The position numbers and the translations under genes were made by a program. DNA of 64,000 bases from assembly GCA_001643675.2 (NCBI GenBank), contig LSRY02000062.1, forward strand, positions 62,001-126,000, written 5' to 3'. The notes under the pieces were generated by a model that did not search any database, was not told where the DNA came from, and saw nothing but the letters and a program-made list of their open reading frames with translations. This document shows positions 47,201 through 54,400 of this stretch, one piece after another (the first letter of the stretch is position 1; each line of letters begins with the position of its first letter). The DNA comes from Monocercomonoides exilis PA203. Taxonomy: Eukaryota; Protista; Preaxostyla.

Positions 47201-49012
47201 TCCAAGCTCTGCTCGTATCACTGTCGCCTCTTTCCCTTCTCCTCTCCCTGTGACATTTCCTCCTCTGACTTCAACCTCCCCTGACACAAACTCCCCTTCC
47301 TTGATCCTCATTTCCATCGACTCCTCTGCTGCTCGTTTCACCCCTTGCTTCACGGTCAGGCAGTTGAACGAGTCTTGCTCGCTCTTCCCACACCCATCCC
47401 AATCAAACCCATTCACTGCCACAACAATCACAGAAAGTGTGCTCAGAGGGTCTTTCAGATATTCCTTTGTTTCATCTGGATTCGCCCATTCAAACACTGT
47501 TCGTGGCTGTTCGCTCAAAGAATAACACTCACTCATCGTCAATGTTAGCTTTCCATTCCAGCTACCATTCACATGAATATCGTTTCCTTGTGTTCCTGCA
47601 CTGTTATTAATAAACAAACAATGTTGAATCATTGCAATAACCATGTTCTCCTGTGAATGATCAAAACAAATTGCGCCTCCGAATGTATTCGCCCTGTTTG
47701 ATCGAAATTGGCATGACAAAAGTGAAAAATCATTTGTCATACGATAAATATTTAAAGCTCCTGAGAAATGTGTTATTGCTTGATTATTGAAAAAATCACA
47801 TTCAGACATTACACATTTGTCATGATTATATAACTCTCCAGCTCCAAGGCCGTGCGAGTCGCATTCAATAAATTTGCACTTATTCATTATCAGGCTATTT
47901 GTCCCTCTCGAATCGAATGCTCCTGACGCATCGCAAGAGCTGCATAAATGGAATGTCGTGTTTTCTGATGTCCAAGCGCCAGTTCCTTTATTTCGCACTG
48001 CAGCTGCTCTTGAAGAAGATCCCGTTAATCGACAACTCTCGAACAAGCAGTTCTTCAATGTTAGCGTTGCGTTTCCTGAAAGAAATATTGCTCCCCCTGA
48101 AATTTCGCTCGAGCTTTGATATGAGAATGTTGTATCCTCAAACAGCTTTTCTTCTGTATCGAATGTGTGCCTCTCTGATTCCGCAGAGCACTCCATGAAT
48201 GAGGAGTTGAAACAGAACAGCGGACAGGAAGCACCGTCAACAACACATCCCATGAAAGGATTCTGCACCTGTCTGCAGTTTATCGAATCCATTATGCAGT
48301 TCTTGTCTGGTGCACCAGCTGTTCCACTCTCCACTAGTCTGAAAGGTTCGTGCATCTGAGTCATGTTGATGAATTCGCATTGGCGCACAGCAACTGAAGT
48401 GGAAGGCGACGAAGGCAAAAACGAACCGTGACATTGCACCAAGTCCCTGAAATCGCTTGAAGAAACACTCACTCTGCCTGGTTTTGACAGAATGTGTTTC
48501 GACTCTGACAGGCTCACAAGGTTCGCCATCCTTCCACTTCCCAAAGGCAATTGGAGCGAAATGTTGAAAAGCACACTCTCTCCGCTTTCCATCCTAAACG
48601 GACTCTCTGCCCCCTCCTGTGCAATCTCCACCCTGCAGCTCCACAACTTCAGGGCCGAGCTGCTCTGGATGTCAATCAAGCTCTTTCCACGTGTTTGTTG
48701 AAGAACAGCCTTTTGAATCGTCATCGATGTGTTGGATATCACAGCCCAAGTGGAAATCCAGCTCTCTTCGTTGGCCCTTTGCTTTTCACTGAACTCGCTT
48801 TTTGCTCTGCTTCTGCGGCCTTCCAAGCTGTTTCTTGAGACTGCAATTCCTGATGTTTCTTCTCTGCCATTTCTTTTTTCACTGCCAATGTCTGTCTCAG
48901 CAAAGCTCTTCCAGGGTTGGCTTGTTGCACCTGATCCCAAACAAACGAACACCAGCAGCAAAACTCTCATGAGATGCTGAACGTTGCAACGGGAAATGGC
49001 AGAACTCATCAC
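41225..49012 (-). CDS. 2595-aa single-exon receptor-like protein: signal peptide, repeated beta-helix (pectin-lyase/PMP-like) ectodomain, TM, degenerate tyrosine-kinase-like tail
   Basis: Uninterrupted 7.8-kb ORF; GGAI/GGGV..FxxN motifs and G.D..GCG....C repeats; TM FTWVLIVCVVIVAILLIALIISII-RWRKQKRR; LRWKAPE..ESVAFSIGMMLWECLTLEIPF..ERP..CL...PEQRPTL. Confidence 0.92.
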   Translation of the reverse strand: MMSSAISRCNVQHLMRVLLLVFVCLGSGATSQPWKSFAETDIGSEKRNGREETSGIAVSRNSLEGRRSRAKSEFSEKQRANEESWISTWAVISNTSMTIQKAVLQQTRGKSLIDIQSSSALKLWSCRVEIAQEGAESPFRMESGESVLFNISLQLPLGSGRMANLVSLSESKHILSKPGRVSVSSSDFRDLVQCHGSFLPSSPSTSVAVRQCEFINMTQMHEPFRLVESGTAGAPDKNCIMDSINCRQVQNPFMGCVVDGASCPLFCFNSSFMECSAESERHTFDTEEKLFEDTTFSYQSSSEISGGAIFLSGNATLTLKNCLFESCRLTGSSSRAAAVRNKGTGAWTSENTTFHLCSSCDASGAFDSRGTNSLIMNKCKFIECDSHGLGAGELYNHDKCVMSECDFFNNQAITHFSGALNIYRMTNDFSLLSCQFRSNRANTFGGAICFDHSQENMVIAMIQHCLFINNSAGTQGNDIHVNGSWNGKLTLTMSECYSLSEQPRTVFEWANPDETKEYLKDPLSTLSVIVVAVNGFDWDGCGKSEQDSFNCLTVKQGVKRAAEESMEMRIKEGEFVSGEVEVRGGNVTGRGEGKEATVIRAELGEAESALVVISGGEAKLMDMKIVDDGLRERNRVGCLFLVSDGESSLELSGCILAGKDSQGLEPFSKTRLCAIGGGITLQMCDVSGFGMGDASFVEAGSTFESVNTTYSSVTRAVGHGTVVGSRVGEGRSVVFENCTVEGCSCGSAEGRGGGVLAEIAGRGSFQIKSSEVKGCLVEETGGRGGGVFIGVDESSTNNFSVGNVTVGGNQARWGRDVFVLCGDLNVSVSSERVFEIENAEGLGVDLAGTDSGLFSENPVDLGYFLEQRYSEVIEISEDGVDVVGCGDGVYPCESFWRGYENVKRGGERKGLKIRDKARICDWYDLSGFTVEGVKEEGRSEITLSREMTIGEGIKSIVWNNGEAGFSRMEFRMPPSLSVPVKCAIESSGSEGGMLTLADCSFGCVGGGGLTYALVVVGGGMMEMEECMITDMRFERQPFEFCGSSEIRLLEDEFVNAELKGHALFGLEAEEGGDENGRGNSAGTVVKMNGTQFRGVVLEDTNEACIVSSRVGLNVVVVADGCLFEGVRSELSSEGGAIGMVLGEGGMLEVVGVETKAKGCACEAVERGKGGFVCVELQGEGSGVLFEEMEFEGNDAWVGRDMFVKCADLTEVVNETSFGFAKEIGEDERKNSLVGVDGVHFGDGEDLFVFITGYYGEVVYVDGKEGVNNIGCGKEIFRCSTFEYGVERVRGEGMRRIVVGEMCWTERETTLKMVGVESEREDKMSVMEVEEVVEKEKGMVFAAEGASFLRVNFSLPGRLANGQRALIGVCGEGAWVEVRECVFSGKKDCVVGFHLVAGEDGDVGIVKCEVCDVVTESALFVFEESGKEGNGRRMELEGCRVRNVRNRKDEASVVSSSVSEGVFVGIGNSTIELCSGGSKSCGGGVCVAVAVDGRFEMNDTVVEGCEAVEGKGGGVYLRSTVEEREALGFVLGNVEFGKNKALVGRDVYVRCWEIESQISERQFVLDLREPRYDRENAIWGGEGEKEEDLIPLIVVYRSELIFVCGADGEGSDSKPCGNSTLPCRSLDYGLSHVLASSYSQVLIDREAGLRKDCQICSVTVKSLHGSEGAKVVFREEVEQEPLAEGVVECSEGVWLENMGMVFRGGFRSAHECVVLQLNGSCTISRGVFSSEGEGIEVEHTLVKVVSGRFEMRESRVEGICGRKALMRFEESSVVGVVGFEARELDVGESVMWIGTGAKVTVKEMECWDVVCGGCSVVSVGDGDDGEDDEGRGRGVKEGGSVKVAHSSVRNIRRSTEGACAVEARLEDVEMVVANCSFGNNTTPGRKGQIMSVEGSGELVVEGSLFEGKGGKDKESLGNAQGDEMCRWNGSLVELVGSKGVVRDTTVRDGAEGGMGVVGGSVVVEKGVFEGNRPLAGMEKYPSYRRNILCSGMGEVDVVSVKGGDGMGARSSMWMLNEGCNVKGITEDRGSSFFIPTLREVRVEESSEAENVSEARVRFVGSLLIPCNLSFRVVVVVEDVEQIECFEFEEAGHVSEDEAVGKIPLSVVSGASAQTEVKVCILFGNAESPSSTESFIVKNKSEPKVDGEDRIVEGGKEGKFTWVLIVCVVIVAILLIALIISIIRWRKQKRRAEELEVIVEDTVKKDPKLIEMVTMEMSPEEQWRRGEKEVEKKNEERIKKRMNGKEMVHSESEEYLLSESGSTEYILGKDSDKIPDWALEKVDEEEIRKRTPSPSISSTSTTSTTDSDSTFVRGEDLCPTTSSMSNLVDAMACSSPHEKLIVDLRDSLFMLLHGRNEKKEMAIGSLQQREQTAAQILFWVANLALHSFDEMENGLSSLANLSPHIVLFSEHMVICIALHSDCSSDSDTSSSISSTTVVTSASDDDDDSLPSSAFEDCEDNRKECLRWKAPELLINKNMGTTKESVAFSIGMMLWECLTLEIPFGEYEAEVAGQKIVNGERPRKDVKSTGSLSTVVGQCLSAVPEQRPTLAGLKREFIQRFPAGGLVMTVSDAVDVEEDTNGTNNGSGNGSWSLMSER

Positions 49013-49776
49013 AATGCAACCATTATTTACTCTTTCAGATCAACAAAATTATCTCAACTTTTTCGTTTGAAATGTTGCTTTGATCTCGATTTTCTTTTTC
49101 TTTCTTTTTTTTTTTTTCAATTTTGCATTTCGTCAGTTATATTTTTATTTTTGGAATTTGTGATGCTCTTCTTGCTCGGTTTGTTCTTTTTGCCTGGAAA
49201 TACCATTCTCACTTTTTCATTCATTCTTTCTTTCTTTGGCGTTAAATTCAAAGATAAAATTTCAATTCAATCATCCAACAAGATAATTGTCAGCATATTG
49301 CATAGAAACCTGTTCACCACTCATGGAAGCCTCATGCTTGAAAGCAGCCCTGATTTTGAGAAATTTAACAAATATTGTATTTTGGCCAAGCTTATTCCTC
49401 GTTCTCATCTTCCTGTGCTGTCAAAAGTTGTTCATACGATGAATCAATGTGGTAATGATTATTCCAAAAAGTTGTGGAAATTTTCAATGAGAAGCGAATC
49501 ATTCTGTTGGCTTCAGTGGGTATTTTGAGCTCAAATCACAAAATCATCTTTTCTCGGCCAACCAGCCCTGCAAGCAGCAAAATCACCTCGACAACTCTCA
49601 TGCACGGTGATGCAAAACAAAAAGCGGACGTGTTGTGCGCTTTGTTAGAAACATCAAAACCGAGCGAAGAAATGAAAAAAGCGATGATCGGACCTGCCAT
49701 ATTTATCAGCTCGAAAACGTGTATTTTTGTTTTTCTGATGCGTTGAGCAGAGACAGCATGGAGGGCAATCGCACAC

Positions 49777-51723
49777 ATGATGAGGTATGGCAGGCACTCT
49801 GTTGTTGTGGATTTCTTGTTTTCTGCTGTGCGGTGGACATTGCTATATTTTTATTTGCAGATCTTATTGGCGCAGCGTTTCGACGAGCGGGATGAGTTGC
49901 AGGGCAGGAACAGTTTGAGCATCAGCACCGCAAATCCGAAAAAAAGCGATGTGTCTGAGGCTGTTCATGGCTCGTTGCTTGGAGGAGCGTCTTCGCAGTT
50001 TGCTTTGTCTTTGCCAATCTTTGCAGCGGAATCGGGGGCTTCATCGTCGCTTGCAATGAGTGCAGCGCAAATGCTGCATCTGAGGAGCGGGCAGATGAAA
50101 AGTGTGCTGGAGCAGCCGACTTCGTCTTTTCGTTCGTCCAACTGGTTTTCGTTTGTGGAAAGTGCCCCGAGCTCTTCAGAGCCACATTTCGTTTCATCGT
50201 CTGTGGGCACACAGCTGCCTGTGTGTCTCGATCTGGGACATTCTTCAAAGGCGCAGAAGGAGGAACCCCCGTCTGACTCTGCGGAGCCCAAAGAAGAGCA
50301 AGAGAGAGATTCGTGGATGCCTGCAGATGGGCTGGGGCCAGAGGGGCTGGCAAGGCCCCTGGCAAAGATACTCGGGTGGGGCGACAGCTTCGTGAAGAAC
50401 AAGAGGGAGGTGCTGGTGAGCCTTTGGCGGAGCTACGACAGCGAGGTGCAGCGGAGGGCAGGGAGCATTTCAGAGGTTGCGCTGTTGGCAGGGGTGAAAG
50501 GGGGCGCTGGCTCAGGCACAGAAGAGGCAGGGGTGGATGAGGCGCTGAGGGAGGAGGCAGAAAAGGCGCGGAGGCTGCGGGAGAAGACGATCCGGGTGGA
50601 GATCAAAGAGGCAAGGATCTTCCACAAGATGTTTGGGGTGTGGGTGGGGAAAGACTGGGTTGTGGACGAGGCAGAGCGGGTGATGTGGGAGGCGGCAGAA
50701 GAGGCAGCAGTGGGCAGGGCAGGCGATGGAGCTGTGAATGAGCCGGGATTGAGTGAGGGAATTGGTGCAGCAGCACAGGAATGCTGGGGAGGAGGCGAAT
50801 GCGGAGAAGGCTGGGGAAGGCAGGGGGAGCTGCAGGAGAAGGCGAACTTCTATGAGCTGTATCCGAAGGTGAAGAAGCAGATGAAGAAAATCAAGATGGA
50901 GACGCTGGACCAGCTGATGGAGCAGGTGGAGCTGCACCCTCGGCGCGGATGCCCAGCGCTGGCAGAATTGCATGTTCGCTCGAGACCGCATGGCGCGGGC
51001 AAGACAGCTGGCTGTGCTTCTGCAGGGGTTTGGAGGGAGCTTGAAGGGAAGTCTCGTGAAGGTGGAAGTGAGTGGTCAGGCTGTCTGTCTGGTGCAGAGG
51101 CAGACAAGGGAAAATTCAGCTTTGCAGACTTTGCTTGCACTGCGCAGGCTCAGCTGGGCTGCTGGGAAACGGAAGACAAACTGTGCACAGCCAGCCATCT
51201 CCAGCCGGCTCTTGCTGGGGAGGCACTTTTTGATGCAGTGTTTGCAGCACCACCAGAATGGGAGGGATGCTGGCGAGTTGTTCGAGAAAGTACCAATGCA
51301 GAAGTTGAGCTCAACGATTCTGCGATTCCCTGTAACGTTGTGCTGGATGAAAATGGAGCGAGCTTGCTGGTGCAGCAGGTCGTGCAGGTTGTTGTGCCTC
51401 TTGTTCCTGCAGGTCTGTTTGCAGGAGGGAAGCTGCCTTCTTCGCTGTCTGGCTCTGACACAGCAGCGCTTGTGCGCGAAAAGGGCAGAAGAGCCAAGCG
51501 TGAAACGCTGCGAGCACAGATGGGGAAGCGGAGGTGCTGGGTGTTCCGGCCGACACCGCTGCAGCAGAGGTACCTGTGGGTGTTCGACAGGATGCCGATC
51601 AACTTCAAGAAAAGGGTGAAGAACTGGATCCACGGGAAGGGGAACAGGGATGCAGACATCTCCCAGATGCCCCGCTATCTGAGGGTTGCGTGTGCTGAGG
51701 CGCTTCCTGCTCTGAAGCCCTGA
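49777..51723 (+). CDS. Hypothetical protein, main exon (further short exons likely upstream at ~49300-49790)
   Basis: 648-aa GC-rich ORF with coding-like composition; acceptor-like ATTTGCAG at 49853-49860; no domain recognised. Confidence 0.7.
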   Translation: MMRYGRHSVVVDFLFSAVRWTLLYFYLQILLAQRFDERDELQGRNSLSISTANPKKSDVSEAVHGSLLGGASSQFALSLPIFAAESGASSSLAMSAAQMLHLRSGQMKSVLEQPTSSFRSSNWFSFVESAPSSSEPHFVSSSVGTQLPVCLDLGHSSKAQKEEPPSDSAEPKEEQERDSWMPADGLGPEGLARPLAKILGWGDSFVKNKREVLVSLWRSYDSEVQRRAGSISEVALLAGVKGGAGSGTEEAGVDEALREEAEKARRLREKTIRVEIKEARIFHKMFGVWVGKDWVVDEAERVMWEAAEEAAVGRAGDGAVNEPGLSEGIGAAAQECWGGGECGEGWGRQGELQEKANFYELYPKVKKQMKKIKMETLDQLMEQVELHPRRGCPALAELHVRSRPHGAGKTAGCASAGVWRELEGKSREGGSEWSGCLSGAEADKGKFSFADFACTAQAQLGCWETEDKLCTASHLQPALAGEALFDAVFAAPPEWEGCWRVVRESTNAEVELNDSAIPCNVVLDENGASLLVQQVVQVVVPLVPAGLFAGGKLPSSLSGSDTAALVREKGRRAKRETLRAQMGKRRCWVFRPTPLQQRYLWVFDRMPINFKKRVKNWIHGKGNRDADISQMPRYLRVACAEALPALKP

Positions 51724-51998
51724 GCAAAGCACATATGCGTAATTTTCGACAAAAGGAAGAATGTTTTGAATGTTCTTTCTCTATTTCCCTTTTTTGAACA
51801 ATTTGTTTTTTTATTTTATTTTATTTTATTTATTTTATTTGAAAGAAAATTTTAGTTTTAAAAAACTAAATTAAAAAATAAAAACAAATCTCTTTTTGAG
51901 AAAAAATACAAAAAAAATTAATCAATAAAATAAAACGTCTATCAAATTATAAATTTGTTTTGTGTTATTCTTCAGCAATATGAACCCAGAATGGATCC

Positions 51999-52418
51999 TT
52001 ACCAAATATTCACACATAAATCTCCAGCACCTGGATTATTATTATCTCCCAAATAAAGAGAATAATCGGCTAATGGACACGGGGTTGAAGCCTGCTTGTA
52101 TTTTATTGTGAACTCCACTGGTCCAACAGGAATTGGGGTTGAAACATTTGCTACATCAGAATACTTCAGCATGTCCACCTTCATTGCTCCAGAACCGCAT
52201 AAAACAGAATCTTTGAGTTGTTTAAATGCAAATGTTCCGTCTTGAATAGTCGCAGTTGCATTCAAGGTTATTTTAAGTGTTGTATATTTGTTGTTAAAAT
52301 TCGGAGGATATGGATTTGATGTAACTTTTACCAGACGAAGCTTGTTCATTCCACTTCCACATTCGTTATAATGTATACCAGAAATAGAAGTTAACAGCAA
52401 AAACAAAAAACTTAACAT
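51999..52418 (-). CDS. ML-domain (MD-2/NPC2-like lipid-recognition) secreted protein
   Basis: 139 aa with signal peptide; ECG...V.VTSNPYPP..., L.I..NAT..I.DG, D+......PIP.G and terminal LCV pattern typical of ML/E1_DerP2 proteins. Confidence 0.72.
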   Translation of the reverse strand: MLSFLFLLLTSISGIHYNECGSGMNKLRLVKVTSNPYPPNFNNKYTTLKITLNATATIQDGTFAFKQLKDSVLCGSGAMKVDMLKYSDVANVSTPIPVGPVEFTIKYKQASTPCPLADYSLYLGDNNNPGAGDLCVNIW

Positions 52419-53257
52419 TTTTCACAAAATATGTGATCATGTCTAATATTTTTTTTTCTGTTGTTTTTTTATTCAAAGTCGTTCACACAAACATTATAAT
52501 TCTTCAATTAATGATGATCAGATAAGATCACAAATTCAGAAATTGATTATTATGTGTTTCTTTTATCCGTTTTTCTTTTTTAAAGTGCTAAAAATAAAAC
52601 TTGTGAACTTTTTCTAAAAAAAGCACTTTAAATATATCTATTTTCAACCTCTCCGAAATAATTGAATTTTTTGGAATCAGAAACATTCTTATTTAAATCC
52701 AAGATTTCTGAATTGATTGGGAACAATCCGGTTATTTTGAATGATTCCTCCTTGTTCAGCAATGATGAAACAGTTTTTTCTGCTCAATTGCGCACTCAAC
52801 GATCATTTTGTTTCTATCTGCTACTTTCATTTATTGACTGTCAATGAACTCATTCACTCACATTATTTTCCTTCTTCTCAGCAGCTTTCTGAACGCATGA
52901 CGTTGAAGGTTTGCAATTCGAACTTTAAAAGATTGCATCGATTAAGTCATTATTCCAGGCAGTGTGTTCAGTCCAAACCGGATGATTAAACATCGGTAAG
53001 TGGGAACAAAACGCACTGTTAAAAAAGTCTTTCGTTTTGTTATCTTTCAAAAAGAAATTTCAATTATACATTATGATGAAATTATTTATGTGGTGAATGA
53101 AGAGATGGAAAAGCGTTTGAGAAAATTAAAATACTTTAAATCTTTCTAAAAAAAGACAATTGTGTGACAAAATTATCTATGCATCCTCACGCTCAGATGT
53201 AGATAAGCTATCTCCTGCTCCAAAACTGCTGCTGCTGCTGGTATCAGAGTCTTCCAC

Positions 53258-54400
53258 TTATGTGGACATTGAATCGTTGTCTTCATCAGTTTCACTTGAT
53301 TCATCATCGTCTCCTTTGTCATCAGTTGGAAGAGAGTTCATTATTTCTTTAACTAATTTTTTGAAAGTGTAATTCTTTGATGAATGAAACATGAAATTTG
53401 CAATGAAATCATCAATGAATTTGTCTTTTGCACCAGTTCTAGGAAAAAACGCTCGAAACCTGGACAACAAACCCTCGATTCAATTTGTGCAATCACCTGT
53501 AATTGTATCAACAAAATGATATTTGTGACACACAGTCATGTGAGTGAAGTTGTGATCCTTTATGAAGTTGAAAGCGCTCCGTTCATCGCTGTTAACTGTT
53601 GTCTTTGGTTTGATGTCAGCTAAAATGACAGGCAATAAGGTTCTTCTGCTTCTGTTCTTCACGCGAATAATAATGAATCTTCTTCCTCCATCTTCATGTT
53701 TTCTTTCTATTCCTTTAAAAAGCCAGACTTGTGCCTTTTTCCTTCCTTTATGAGATTTTCTTTTTCTCAAAATATCTTGTCGATTTCCACTATATGACCC
53801 TCTTCCCCAACATGTTCGAAATTTTCCATTATGATTGTTGAAGAAATTGATACAAAATTAAAAAACCAAAATCCAACTGTCTTTTTGTTGACATAAAGCA
53901 AAATGATAAATGGAGTGATGCTCAATTTTAGAGCAAAATACAGAAAAATATGAAGAAATTTGTTTACTGAAATATTTGAATATCTGAACGAAATTCCTTC
54001 CGAAATGCTTATTGCCTTTCCACATTTAGAACATCAATTTTGTTTCATTGTCTCCGATCTGGTATATATAAACATTTTCCCCTCACATTTTGTTCAACAT
54101 TTGGCTGATCCTTTTTGAAATCAATATTTCGTTCGAGTTTTGATCAAAAAAATATTTCTTTAAGGGATTTTTAAATAAATGGACGATATCGGAAAATACC
54201 AACATTTTATGTAGATATTTAAAATGAAATATTATTTTTTCAAAATCCCATTGAGATAAAATTTTTGATCAAAACTTAAACGAAAGTATGATTTCAGAAG
54301 GGATCAGCCACATTTATAATTTTCTGTTTTCATTATTTCGGTGAGTGGGTAGATAACGATAGGTATAAAATTTCGATTTACAAGTTTTTTTTTATTAATA
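53258..54400 (-). pseudogene. Merlin/ISXO2-like (DDE_Tnp_IS1595) transposase pseudogene
   Basis: G.EGHIVEID/RKRK.HKGR...VWLF.GIER, VKNRSRRTLLPVI...I.P.T.V.SD, H.TV.H..HFVD..TG..TN*IEG; N-terminal CxxC pairs; stops and frameshifts. Confidence 0.88.
54103..54309. mobile_element. 207-bp fold-back MITE inserted in the Merlin ORF
   Basis: ~78-bp imperfect IR arms beginning GGCTGATCC; 6-bp direct repeat ACATTT at 54097-54102 and 54310-54315. Confidence 0.82.

Noticed and set aside
42057-47525. Long plus-strand ORFs (692, 485 and 285 aa) opposite the 2595-aa gene
   Set aside because: Ser/Pro/Thr-rich antisense shadows caused by codon bias of the real minus-strand CDS
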